This document shows positions 13,216-26,782 of a stretch of 64,000 bases of DNA, piece by piece (position 1 is the first letter of the stretch; each line of letters starts with the position of its first letter). Below the pieces are notes generated by a model. It did not search any database. It was not told the DNA's origin and saw only the letters and a program-made list of their open reading frames with translations. The position numbers and the translations under genes were made by a program. This DNA comes from Rozella allomycis CSF55 (lineage: Eukaryota), in the NCBI GenBank assembly GCA_000442015.1, contig KE561117.1, forward strand, positions 1 to 64,000. Reading direction: 5' to 3'.

Positions 13216-13346
13216 TGTTTTTAGCAACGGGGCTCCAGATCCCTTCTTAATTTTAACAAAAAACAAACTTTAATAGAGTAATTGAATTAAGATTATTGTC
13301 ATTTAATTTTAATAAATTAGATAAGTTTAATTAAAATTTATTGTGT

Positions 13347-15209
<1,863 letters not shown>

Positions 15210-15281
15210 AAATTTAAATCTCCGTCAAACTAAATTAAGCACGATCAAAAGTGGAAATGAATTTATGATAATTCTTTAAAC

Positions 15282-16061
15282 TTAATACAATCTACTTTTA
15301 TAATTTTCATAACTATTCACTTCCGGAGAAGATGGATATGCAGAATCGGAACGGTCATCTTCGTGAATATCAAACTCAATACACAAGCCGCAATCAAATG
15401 GAGAATAGAAGCTCGAAGAGAATTGATTTGAAGGGTTTTTTGGCACCTGCTGGTTGCGGGGATAATTGTAAAATGTTCTTGTTAGTAGGGGAGATCTATC
15501 AGAAGAAGGAACGACTTGGTTTTGTATAGTGCTTTGAGAAATTGCGCTATCAAAAGAAAATTTTGACAAGTCAAATGAAAAGCGATTGCGGTAACCTTCG
15601 AGTCCTGGTGGACATTGAAGTTGCTTTGGTCTATTAGTTTCGATAGTGCTTTCTTTCAATATATTTTCGTTCGTAGCATGATCCTCATTTGAGTCTAAAC
15701 TATATGAAATAGAAGTATCATCGGTTGCTTCGTCACGGGTTTCTATGTACTTTGTGTTTGCAGAATCCACAGCAACCATTTCTTTAAGTTTGCATTTCTT
15801 TTTCTTTTTTCTAAAAGATGCGTTTTTTGTTGAAACTTTTTTGTCGTCTATCATGTCAAGGTTGGCAGATTTGTCCTGAAAAGGATTTGATGGTGAAACT
15901 TTTCTATTTTCTAATTTTCCTGCACAGAATCTATTAAGGGATACAATAAAATACAAAAGAAATGAAAACAAAAACAACAGGGCAAGAAAAAAATCCATGT
16001 CGTTGATCCAAGCCACAATCATGTTAAGCCAGGTTAGGTAATATAAAGGTTGTTTAGCCAC
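15282..16061 (-). CDS. Hypothetical protein with N-terminal transmembrane segment
   Basis: 259-aa ORF with a hydrophobic stretch, basic cluster RKKKKK and low-complexity tail; start uncertain. Confidence 0.5.
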   Translation of the reverse strand: MAKQPLYYLTWLNMIVAWINDMDFFLALLFLFSFLLYFIVSLNRFCAGKLENRKVSPSNPFQDKSANLDMIDDKKVSTKNASFRKKKKKCKLKEMVAVDSANTKYIETRDEATDDTSISYSLDSNEDHATNENILKESTIETNRPKQLQCPPGLEGYRNRFSFDLSKFSFDSAISQSTIQNQVVPSSDRSPLLTRTFYNYPRNQQVPKNPSNQFSSSFYSPFDCGLCIEFDIHEDDRSDSAYPSSPEVNSYENYKSRLY

Positions 16062-16294
16062 CAGTCTATACCATTAAAACAAATAAAGATCAAAATATCT
16101 TTATCACTTTAAAAATTATATTTTTGTCTTTTTGTGAAAAATTTTCCTCCCTTATTGTGGTGGCTTTGTGCATAAAATGAAAGAAATGGCACGTGGAAAG
16201 TTAGCATAAAATTGAAAAAACTGATTCATGATTTCATTAATTAAAATATTAGAAAATAGAAATATAGTCAAAATAGTGATGTAAAGAATGTCAT

Positions 16295-17141
16295 TTATTT
16301 ACGGGCTTGTGCAAGACGACGATCACGTTCTTCAGCGACAGTCAATTTAACACCTTTTCCTTTTGGAAGAGAGATCATTGGCTTGTTTCCTTGACCGATG
16401 ACAAAGACGTTTGAGACACGAGTAGCAAAAGTGCGATCAACAGAGTCCTTGATGTGAACGATATCGAAACCACCTTGATGACGTTCTCTATGGGTAATAA
16501 CACCGACACGACCCATGTTTCTTCCTCCAGTGATCATGGCAACATTTCCGCTATCAAATTTGATGAATTCTTCAATCTTTCCACTTTCAAGGTTGAGTTT
16601 GACAGTGTCGTTTGCGCGGATGAGAGGATCAGGGTAGCGAATAGTGCGACCATCGTGTGTGACAATGTAAGGAATACCTTTGGCACCGATAGCCAATTTC
16701 TTGACACGGCAAAGTTTGTATTTTGCTTCTTCGTCAGAGATGCGGTGAATTGTGAAGCGACCTTTGACATCATAAATTAAACGAAAATTTTCATTGGTTT
16801 TTTCAATGGAGATGACATCCATGAAACCAGCTGGATAAGTAGAGTCGGTACGAATTTTGTGGTCGACCTTGATGAGACGTTGCATCATGATAGCAGTGAC
16901 TTCATGTCCAGTGAGAGCGTACTTTAAACGATTTCTTAAAAAGACGATCAATGGAAGAGATTCACGCAACTTGTGTGGACCAGAGGAAGGACGAGGAGCC
17001 TTTTAATAAAATAAATAAAAGTGAATTACCCAGACACCGGAGAGTTTGTCCAACATCCAGTGCTTTGGCGCATTTAAACGCTTGAGATGCTTCTTTGGAC
17101 CGCGAGTCTAAAATATTTCATAAAGAAATGAAAGTTACCAT
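16295..17141 (-). CDS. RPS4: 40S ribosomal protein S4 (eS4)
   Basis: [25 protein letters not shown]...[20 protein letters not shown]; two 5' introns; strong codon bias. Confidence 0.98.
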
Positions 17142-17251
17142 TTTTTCAGAGAACCAGGGTTTGGTGGCTCAGAAAAAAACAAGTTAGAAATTTCAAAGTT
17201 GAGAAAAATACTAAATTTTATGTAAAGAATTAATTAACAAAGGTTATTTAT

Positions 17252-19000
17252 TTAAGAGGTTATTTTTGTATTCGAATTTAGTTGATCAAAAGTCAAGTTG
17301 TGCTTTTCGCATAGACTTTTTATCAAGTCGATATCATTGAAGATCAATTTAATATTGTAGATGTTGATATGGTTGAAAACCTTTTGGATGCGTTCTGGAT
17401 CATTAGCGTACCCTCTTAACAATGCGTTGATTGTGAACCTGTTTGGAGTAAAATTTTTATTTAAGAGTTCTTTAAAAGTTTCATCTAATTTGATTATATT
17501 TGGTGGGTTGATGTTTGCGTAGTATTCAAGCTTGTTGTTTAGATAGATAAGATCAATGTCAAGTTTAGTTTCATCAACGTTATCGTAAAGGATTGCCATT
17601 TCATCCCAGCATTGTTTTAATCTCAATGTCTTGATTATATCGCAGAATTGAGCAGTAAGCAATTCGTAGCCTAATCGCTGAAAATATTTGTAAAACTTTT
17701 CCAAATACACAAAATCTCCATACTCAGCATTTTTGATCATTATAGATTTCAAACAATTCTGTTCAATTTGATCATTTTCTGTATGCTCATTAATAAAGTC
17801 TAACTGTGGGGCATCAGGCATGTTAATTTCATTGTAAGCCAATTTGAAATGTAACGCAATTGACATGGGTATTTTATTGCCAGAAGTTTTTAAATATTCA
17901 ACGACAACTTCTTCAGCTCTTCCAATAAACTCTAAAGATCCCTGTTTTAAAAACGTTGATGCCACTATATAGACAGTCTTCTTAGGCAAGGCAAGATTGT
18001 CTTTATATTGCCCTCTTAATCTTTCATACCAAGAGCTCATCAAATCTGGCTTATTAATAAATAATGGAATTAAACTGACAAAAGTATGAACGTTTGGTTG
18101 GAAATGATTTTCAATCACTTCATAAATCTTAATTGATTCTTCAAATTGTCCCAAATGAACAAATGAAGTCACAAGTTTATTCAATGAAAACAAATTCAAC
18201 TTTTCCAATTTTCCATCACAATTCTTTTTCAGCTTTTCATAAACTGCAAGCGTTTTTTGCTTATTCATTAACAATGAATAGAACTTTATTAAAGATAACA
18301 ATGTAATGTTATTTATATTCCCCTTAGTTCTCTTTACTACTTTTAAATAGAAATCTAAATCTTCTCGATAATCTAAATTTACAAACGCCCTAATCTTGGC
18401 ATTAACAATACTCGTTCTATCCCTAATATTCAAATCTTTACATTCATGAATCAATTTCATCGTTTCTTTTCCCAATTTAACTTCACTCAACGCTTCAATT
18501 ATCAACGCTAACACTTCTGGTTTGGGCTCAAACTTTCTTTGTAAGTATTCCTCATACAACTTTATAGTTTTTGAAGCATCGCCTCTTCTGGCCATTGAAT
18601 AGATTAACGCAGAATACGAATATTCATCATACTTGTCTCTCTGACTATTCAACATCAATTCAAATGCCGCCATATTCTCAAAGTTCTTTACTCTTGCATA
18701 ATGTTCCAAGAAAATACCCATCATCCTCACATCAGGATTAACCTTGTCATCAATCATTTTCCTCCACACCGATGGAATATCATAATAATAAAACATGGAC
18801 CTTTTCATTGAACTCAATGCTATATAATAATCATTCTTTTCAAGCTTTTCCCTTTTCATTACGGCATCTTTGAACTCTACTACTGCATCAATATAGTTCT
18901 TCCCCAAAAAATTAGTCTTCATAGCATCTACAGAATACAGCCGACTTAACCTATCACTAATTCCTCCTCTCCTACTCAACAATGTCCTCGTTATAGTCAT
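17252..19000 (-). CDS. Pentatricopeptide-repeat protein, probably mitochondrial
   Basis: PPR-like repeats (VNPDVRMMGIFL, YSYSALIYSMARRGD, FQPNVHTFVSLI, FTPNRFTINALLRGY) and an Arg/Ser-rich presequence. Confidence 0.8.
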   Translation of the reverse strand: MTITRTLLSRRGGISDRLSRLYSVDAMKTNFLGKNYIDAVVEFKDAVMKREKLEKNDYYIALSSMKRSMFYYYDIPSVWRKMIDDKVNPDVRMMGIFLEHYARVKNFENMAAFELMLNSQRDKYDEYSYSALIYSMARRGDASKTIKLYEEYLQRKFEPKPEVLALIIEALSEVKLGKETMKLIHECKDLNIRDRTSIVNAKIRAFVNLDYREDLDFYLKVVKRTKGNINNITLLSLIKFYSLLMNKQKTLAVYEKLKKNCDGKLEKLNLFSLNKLVTSFVHLGQFEESIKIYEVIENHFQPNVHTFVSLIPLFINKPDLMSSWYERLRGQYKDNLALPKKTVYIVASTFLKQGSLEFIGRAEEVVVEYLKTSGNKIPMSIALHFKLAYNEINMPDAPQLDFINEHTENDQIEQNCLKSIMIKNAEYGDFVYLEKFYKYFQRLGYELLTAQFCDIIKTLRLKQCWDEMAILYDNVDETKLDIDLIYLNNKLEYYANINPPNIIKLDETFKELLNKNFTPNRFTINALLRGYANDPERIQKVFNHINIYNIKLIFNDIDLIKSLCEKHNLTFDQLNSNTKITS

Positions 19001-19054
19001 TGCCTAATTCGACTAGGGTTAATTTCAACTCTTACAATTCCTCATTTTCTATAA

Positions 19055-19426
19055 ATGACAAGCCCACAACACAAATTACCATCATCCATACTTCAATTAA
19101 TTAATGATAAAGTTATTCAACCCGGATACTTTAGTGCTCAACCAAGAAACCTGTACGAAGCTTTACTGGTGCTGCCAAGATTCGGAAGAGACTATAGAGT
19201 ATATCCAAAATGGAGAGATGAAGCCGGCCTTTTAAAAGAAAGAACCCTTTATCTCGTTGAACGAGTTCAACATGTTAGATGGCACATGCTCAGAGCTAGA
19301 ATCAAAATGAGCAAAATTAAAGTTGGAACTGAATGCAACAGATTCAAAGTTAATCGGATCGATGCTTTAAGAGCACCATGGATCGTATATCTTCCTCAAA
19401 AAGATATCAACCAAAAAGTTTTTTAA
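19055..19426 (+). CDS. Putative mitochondrial ribosomal protein mS34-like
   Basis: RNLYEALLVLPRFGRDYRVYPKW...YLVERV resembles the mS34 NLxExxxxLPxFGxG...W...Y.I.RV pattern (recognition by eye). Confidence 0.5.
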   Translation: MTSPQHKLPSSILQLINDKVIQPGYFSAQPRNLYEALLVLPRFGRDYRVYPKWRDEAGLLKERTLYLVERVQHVRWHMLRARIKMSKIKVGTECNRFKVNRIDALRAPWIVYLPQKDINQKVF

Positions 19427-19481
19427 TAAACGCGATTTGTCTATAACACTAAATCTCGACACGATAATTTATTTTTAAAAA

Positions 19482-20260
19482 CTAGTATGGATTGATCATG
19501 CCAGGTTGAGGAATCATTACAGGTAATACGTCATCCTTGTACAACACTTGAAATGTGAATTGCTTGCTATCAGGATCCCAATTACTCAACATCTTTTCTT
19601 CAGTGGTGTCTATTTCTACAGATGGCACTTTAAATGCGATAGTTTCGTACGGTTCGGCAGCAAAAAGAACATACTGAAAATGACGGTCTGGAGCTTCCAC
19701 CTTTTGTTCGAAAGAAGACATAAACCTATACTTTGGAGTCACTTTTGGGGCAATCTCTGGATACTTATATTAATAGTTAAATTAAAATACTTTGATCTGA
19801 AACAATAACCCAAACTTTTTTGTAATAGGATCTCTGATTTTGGTAACTTTATATCCAGGACGTCCAATCTTCACAATGGTTTTCTTTGGAGCCGTAACTA
19901 GCCCAGTAGTTTTTACCATTGTATTTCCATCACGGGCCTCTCTAGCCTGTCGCCTATTTCAAATCATATTAATCATATCTACCTAGCCAAGTTTGTTTGA
20001 TGTTTCTTTCCTTGTGTGTGCACTAGATAACTCCCCTCGTTCATGTGTATAGTCAGACATAATTTACATTCATAACTATTTTTCCAAAATTAAAAGACTT
20101 ACCTTCCTAAATGGTTTTTCATAAGATATGGATCATTTGCCAAGTCTACAGACTCAAAAGCGATCTTTTTAAATCTTTCTTTACGCGCAGCGTTTTCTTC
20201 TGACCATGATGCTAGTGGTCCAGAGCCAGTTTTAGCGCCCGGACGATGGGTAAAATCCAT
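19482..20260 (-). CDS. SF3A2: Splicing factor 3A subunit 2 (SF3a66/Prp11)
   Basis: MDFTHRPGAKTGSG...DLANDPYLMKNHLG, ECKLCLTIHMNEGSYLVHTQGKKHQTNL, KIGRPGYKVTK, FAAEPYETIAFKVPS. Confidence 0.95.
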
Positions 20261-20276
20261 TTGGAAATTTCAGAAC

Positions 20277-20685
20277 ATGCAGAACAATGAACTCATCTCA
20301 AATTTACACATAAATTTTGATCTAGTAGCCAAGAACAAGAGACTTTTATTGCATGTGTATATTTTATGACTTTCAGTAATTTTAGCCGAACATTAACCGC
20401 AATATTGGCAGGCATATTTTGCGGAACATTGGGAATCGAGGGGTACATTGGCTTCATTTACTTTTTCGGGATTTCTCTTTTTTCAAGCTTATTATTGTAT
20501 CTTCGGTTGAAAGTAGTTTCAGAATATTTTGGAAAGGACTCATTCTTGCTCACAGAAGGAATCCTTGGCAGTTTGACGGTATATACGTGATTTTGACTAT
20601 AATTTTAGACTTTTCTTCTTTTTTGGACGTAAGTTGCTATTAATTGTTTATATTTAGTCTATTCTTGGGTTTGACTAGCACTTAA
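20277..20685 (+). CDS. EMC6: ER membrane protein complex subunit 6 (Rab5ip family)
   Basis: RTLTAILAGIFCGTLGIEGYIGFIYF...EGILGSLT|TFLLFWTL; three introns. Confidence 0.85.
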
Positions 20686-20849
20686 ATCATTACTCAATAC
20701 TTTCTATTAATAAAGCTAAAGATTGTACACTTTTTTTAACTTATTATGTAAAATGAATAACATTATAATTACCCTAACCATTCACGTACCCACAAGCTTG
20801 ATGTTTGAATCGCTACTTAAGTTTTTTACTTATTTGCTTGACTTTGTTC

Positions 20850-20995
20850 GAAGTCTTCTTACCATGACTACTGTCAACATTCGTGTATGGAGTAATCTGT
20901 ATACGAAGGTTGTTAAAGACTGCGGAACCGCCCGAGGTCGGCAACGAAGCAGGGTAACGTGGCGCGGCTGTTGGTGGTGAGATCGAGATTTCATT
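20850..20995 (+). ncRNA. Signal recognition particle RNA (S domain; 5' end uncertain)
   Basis: Helix 8 CCCGAGGTCG-GCAA-CGAAGCAGGG (20931-54; compare human CCCAGGUCGGAAACGGAGCAGG). Helix 6 TTCGTGTATGGA-GTAA-TCTGTATACGAA. Helix 5 GAAGTCT/AGATTTC and TCTTACCA/TGGTGAGA. T6 terminator at 20994. Confidence 0.85.
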
Positions 20996-21134
20996 TTTTA
21001 ACTTTTTACCTAAACAAAAATTGCTCTCCAAATAGTATGGTATGACAAGGCACTGATATGTTTAGTATACTAAAGCATTGGATTTTTCAAATTACGTTTG
21101 CCCATATTTGACCCTTGCTACTTTCGTATTGTGA

Positions 21135-21654
21135 ATGCCAAAGTATTTTTCACCATTAGGAAAACAACCGGATTTAATTTCTGGTTTTGTTAGATTTAGA
21201 GTCCCTGCTGGTCAGGCAAGTGTTGGTCCTCCTCGTAATACTTTGAAGGAATCCATATATAGTTGGACCTGTTTTAGGAGCCAGAGGTATTAAAGCCATG
21301 GATTTTTGCAAAATATTCAATGAAAAGACTAAAATGTACACTCCAGGTACGACAATTGTCAATTAATGGAAAGGAATACCAATGAGAATTGACATGAAGA
21401 TATACAAAGATAGATCATATCGATATGAAATTAAATCCCCTGACTTGTCTTGGTTCTTTAAGAGATGTACAGGCTCAAGTAAATTCCACATTGGGAAAGA
21501 CATCGAATGTAATGGGGTGATAACGATGCGCCATATATATGAGATTGCTAAATTGAAGGAAAATGAGCCTCATTATATGCAATATTCTTTACAAGCGATA
21601 TGTAAAAATATGCTTTCCAGGGCCCGAGCCTATAAATTAAAAGTGATACCATAA
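21135..21654 (+). CDS. MRPL11: Mitochondrial ribosomal protein uL11m
   Basis: VPAGQASVGPP|LGPVLGARGIKAMDFCKIFNEKT...DRSYRYEIKSP...RHIYEIAKLK. Confidence 0.9.
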
Positions 21655-21670
21655 TAAAGATAAGATTTAT

Positions 21671-22608
21671 TCAGCGATATCCATTTCTTCAACTTCTTCG
21701 TTATCGTTTTCTTCTAATACACCCATAGTCTCTATTTCACTTTTCATTTCATTTATTTGTGATAACATTGCCGGGTCTTCTATTTGTAGTTTTTCAATTA
21801 ACTAGTCAATCTAAAAATTGTAAATTACAACTAATGTTTGCTCTAAACAATCATACGATTCTATGTAATCCTTTTTCAGATAATAGACCCATCCAAACAG
21901 AAACCAAACTTCCACATCTTCATCATTTTCCAATTGGTTCATTGCTAGAATAGTTAGGGATTCGGTGAAAAACTCTGTTTCCATTAATCTTTTAGCCATA
22001 TTTGTCCTTATTTCGTATGTTGGCCATGTTTCAGGCTTATTCGCATCAACTTTAGAATAAGCCTTTTGAATTGCTTCTTTCGCTTCGTCATTTCTAAGCT
22101 GGCAAATCCTCAGTGAACATTTTGTAACTAAAATTTCGACATTATTTGGGTCGATTGACTCTGCTTCATTGACATACGACTCGCATGCCGCTTCTGCGTT
22201 TTCTTCTTCGCATAGATCGCTCAAGTACAGTTCTGCCATGGCACATAAAATAGAAACCTTTTTTTCTTTGACATTTAAATCTTGTGGATTTAAGAGTTCA
22301 TAAGCTTTTTGATAGCAGTTTAAGGAGTCCATTCCTTCCACTAGTTGTCCAAGAAACAAAAATGTTGTCGAAGAAGCATCACTCCTATTCATATTTTGAG
22401 TAAATACCTTTTATTAAGGCAAGATGGTTATTACATTTAGCGCCTTTTCGTGTTCATTATTTTCTACAAGCATAACACCATACAACTCTAAAATATCTAT
22501 ATCGTTAGGAAATATTTCCAGCGCTTCTTGAGTTGTTTTTAAAGCGTTTTCATAATCATCTTGATCAACAAAATCTGAAACTCTTTTCTTGAAATCTTCT
22601 TTAGACAT
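21671..22608 (-). CDS. ACL4: TPR protein, assembly chaperone of Rpl4 (Acl4-like)
   Basis: LFLGQLVEGMDSLNCYQKA, ILCAMAELYLSDLCEEENAEAACESY, DDEDVEVWFLFGW-like motif, acidic tail. Confidence 0.8.
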
Positions 22609-22701
22609 TTTTATGTGGCTGTTGCAAAGTAGAAGCAGAGAATTTGAATATAAGCAAACAATAAAAGTAAAATCACTATTTTAATTTAAATTATTTATTT
22701 A

Positions 22702-25576
22702 TTAATAAAATGAGGGTAAAATTGTAGAAACATGTTCCAAGGTGTCTTTAATTGAACAATTGCGATTAGCATCATCTTTAACAAACTTTTGCCATAATTC
22801 ACCATGCTTGGGATCTGCTTTAATGCACTGCTCAATGACTTGATTTTGTTGCTCTGGAGTTCCATGGGCTTTTTCATAGGCGTAAAAATAAGACCAAAAA
22901 TCACCATTATCGGGATCTATCGCGACTGTTTTTGTAAACCAAGATCTTGCTTTTTCTAGTTTTCTTTCTTGCCAAAACAGTCTAATTGTGGAATGAAAAC
23001 AAAAGTACCTTGCTATAACACAGTGAACGTATGGGTCATTGTCTGTTCTTTTGAGTGCATCGGCTGACTTTCCTTTACGTGTTTGGCGAGGTTCCATAAG
23101 GATTGATTCCGCTAGTAACATTCCTGAATTCGGGCACTCTTGTAAGGCTATTATCTTTAAATGAAATTATTACCTTTGGCAAGCAATGATTTAGCAAGGT
23201 TTGTGTTGCCACCTTTTAACTCTAGCCTAATCACTTCAATCCAAAGCTCTGGTTTCTTTGGATTTAGTTTTCTAGCCTTTTCCAAAATTGATCTAGCAAT
23301 TATTAATTTATCTTTTCTAACTTCTAATTGAGCGGCTAAAGTCCACAAAGGAATAGAATTTGGACAATTTCTCATCTACAATTTATGAAATTTCTAATAT
23401 TTACCCCTTGCTCGAAAGTATTTCTAGCCGCCGAAATATCGCCAGTCTTTTCTTCCAACTGTCCAAGAATCATGTAAAACTTGTCAAACGATTTATACTT
23501 TGAAATCCCAATTTTGCACATTTCTTTAGCCATTTCGATGTTTCCTTGCTGTCTTTCGAATACTGCACTCTTCATCCACACCCTGGGGGAATCAGCTTGT
23601 TCTCTCGCCTTTTCAAGAATAACTTTCGCTCTTTCTATTTCATTATTTTGATATTCAAGTTTAAATGCTGCCAGCCAAATGTTTTCATCGTTTGCATTTG
23701 AATTAAACGCTTCAGACAAAATGGAACGAGCGCCATTCAAATCCCCAGACATCCAACGTTCTTTTGCCCACAATAACCAAAGCACGTGAGATTGCGGGCA
23801 ATATTTGACTGCCTTTTCCAAAACTTTTTCCATTTCTTCACGACTGCCGTGTTCCTTTTCAAAGTAAGCTGCTCTTCGCCATAATCCTTTTCTGTTTGGC
23901 AAAGTTTGCAATGCATGCGCATAAATAGCCCTTGCTGTGTGAATGGAACCTCTTTCAACGCATGATTTAGCGTCGTCTATCCACGTGTGTTTTCTATCAT
24001 CTTCATCAACGCCCATTCCAATCGTTGCTCTAATGATAGCCTGACAAGTTAAAATGTTTCCAGTTCGTTCACATAATTCAGCTTCAGATAGCCACTTGTC
24101 TCTATCCATGCCTGAACCCAGCTGAGCCAACGAGGCAACCCCCTTTTGGATAATTGTATCACACAAAGACTCATTCGATTGTGCTTCTTCCAACTTTGCC
24201 GCTGCTATCCAAATTTCATGCGATGTTGGACAATTTCTTCTTGCTTTATTTAACACTTTTCTTGCATTTTGATAAGTTTCTAATTTCGCCAAGGCAAGCC
24301 AAAGCTCTACATTATATGGAATAGCCTCCACAGCCCCAGCAAGCATTATTCTTGCATCCTCTTCATCAGTCTCAAGTTCAATCGCCTCTTTCCAAAGTCT
24401 TATTGAATCTGGAACAAATTCTAAACCCCTTCTTAAAATTAATCGTTTTTCTTTAGCGTCATTTTCGAATTTGGAGGCTTGGATCCAAAGTTTAACTGAC
24501 GTGGGGATTTGTCTAACCGCATTAGCTAACAAAAGTTTCGCTTCTTCAGGTTTCTTTGTTAAAACATCATTAAAATCTCTTACAAATAATCTTGCAGCTT
24601 CCAGCCAAACATCCTCTGATTGAGGACACATTTCACATCCCTTGGCAATAACATTCCTGGCTACCTTTAATCGACCAGCAACTTCCTCAATTCTAGCCGC
24701 TGATATCCATCCAGGCGCATGCTTAGGATTCGTCTTAACCAAACTGTCGATAAGTTGTCTTGCCTTTTCAATGTCTCCAAGTTCCGCATCCGATTTGACT
24801 ATCAGACTTTCCATGGAAGTTAAATAACCAGTTGGATCCACAGATTGGGAACCTGATCCCTGCTTTGTAGTTATTTGATCTAATTTTATTCCTAAAACTT
24901 TTTCTCTCGCTTCTCCAAACTGTTTTAGATCAGTCATTATACCAGACGTTGCTGTGCTCAATCCACCCTTACAAGTTTAAAATTTAAGTCAATTACTTTA
25001 ACATCAATAGAGTTGGCTATTTCATTCTCCTGTCTTGCACTCACTAATAGTGAATCAGGCACAGGAGTAAATCGATCCATTTTGTGTTGCTTTTTCATTT
25101 TCTTTGCTCTGATGTCACCAACTTCAGGAATAGAAGCCCACTCGTCTTCAGTCAATTCAGCCAACTTTCTCTTCACATCAGAAAATTGCTCTTGTATTTT
25201 AGGATTCTCAGCTCTAAATTTTTCTAAGCGTTCTTTTTCTCCTTTTTCTCTTCTCTTTTTCCTTCTTTCATCCATAGCCATATCCACTGCTTCCCACACT
25301 TTATCGGCATCTTCGTCTTCCTTTGTATAAGGAAGTGACGCAAAAAGTCCAGTATCGTCATCACCATATCGTTTATCATATTCTTCATCATCGTTATCTT
25401 CAGTATTACTATTTAAATAACAAATATATGCTTTACGCCAATAATGGATCTCCTGCAAAATCTCTTCCAGGACCAATATCTGCTCTCGTTGTAAATCCAG
25501 TAGCTCCTCTTCCTAATCCGGCCACATATCCAGAGGGCCCTTTCTTTCCAAGGAAGTCTTTAACGACTGTATACAT
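22702..25576 (-). CDS. PRP6: Pre-mRNA splicing factor Prp6 (U5-102K)
   Basis: [64 protein letters not shown] repeats, [10 protein letters not shown]. Confidence 0.97.
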
Positions 25577-25600
25577 TTAGTTTTTTAGGAAATTCCAAAA

Positions 25601-26758
25601 ATGATTGCCGACGATGATTCCCAGTTATTTCAAGCAGATGCTGATGTAGCTGCAAAAGCAAGAAGACTGGCAAAAAAGAATTTAGATTTTGGAGATGCTT
25701 TTGAGTGCTCTTCACAAGTTAACGATGTGGCAGTACTTGGTGATTATGCATACACAGCGGAATCCGCCGCTGTAGTTAGAAAAGTAAACCTAAAAGTACT
25801 TTATAGTTTAATTAACGAAAGAATAGTCAAAGCGAAAAGATTTACAAAGGTCATACAGCCCCTGTCACCTGTCTGAAGCTTGTAAATTTAGATAACCAAT
25901 TGTACATCGTGACTGGTTCGTGGGATAAAAAGATCAGGCTAATAAATGAAAAAGTAAGGTGTTATTGTTAATATAATAGACTGGGAATCATGAAAGAGTT
26001 TATAATGATCATTCAGATTTTGTCAAATGCATGGACATTGCTTATAATAAGAAACTCTTAGCATCAGGATCTTCTGATAAAACTATAGTTGTTAGATCTT
26101 TGATTGATAATTCAATAGTTACCACAATCAAGGCACATTCACGGGCAGTAGAAGCACTTGTAATAGATCCAAATGAAGAGTTTATTTTTTCAGCTTCTTC
26201 CGATAGAACCATAAAGCAATGGAGATTAGACACTGGAGAAATGGTGGAAACTTTCGAAGGGCACGTAACGTCCGTCTACTGCCTGTGGTTTGACAATGAC
26301 TATTTATATTCTGGAAGCGCTGATAACACCATAAGACAATGGGATATTAACGTAAGATAAAATGACTACAATAAATTAGGCTAAGAAGCAAACAGCTCTA
26401 TTTGAACACAATGATTGGGTAAAATCTGTAATTGTTATTGGTCAATATTTGATTGGTGGATCAAGAGACGAAAATATGTACATTTGGGATATCAACGTAA
26501 AGTCTTATTGCAATTTTGAAATAGACTGAAAAGCAAGTTGGGATGATTCAAGGCCATCACGATCAGGTGCAAAGAATAGCGCAATACAATTCGATGCTGA
26601 TTTCAGTATCATTAGACGGGACTTTGAGACGCTGGAATCTGATGGATGAAATTAATGGCGGAAAGAAAAAAATGAAAAAGGACAAAGCGCCAGATGTTGC
26701 AATGACAGCGGAGGAAGAAAAAGAATTGGAAGACCTTTTAAATGACTTTGACGAATAA
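25601..26758 (+). CDS. WD40-repeat protein
   Basis: Multiple GH...S.D.TI..WD repeats over about six exons. Confidence 0.85.
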
Positions 26759-26782
26759 ATTTATTGTTTATATTTTACTTTT

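Noticed and set aside
20771-20779. ACCCTAACC as a telomerase RNA template
   Set aside because: Only 9 nt with no supporting structure; a telo-box-like promoter element or chance match is simpler.
20813-21031. 72-85 aa ORFs over the GC-rich patch
   Set aside because: Better explained by the SRP RNA structure.
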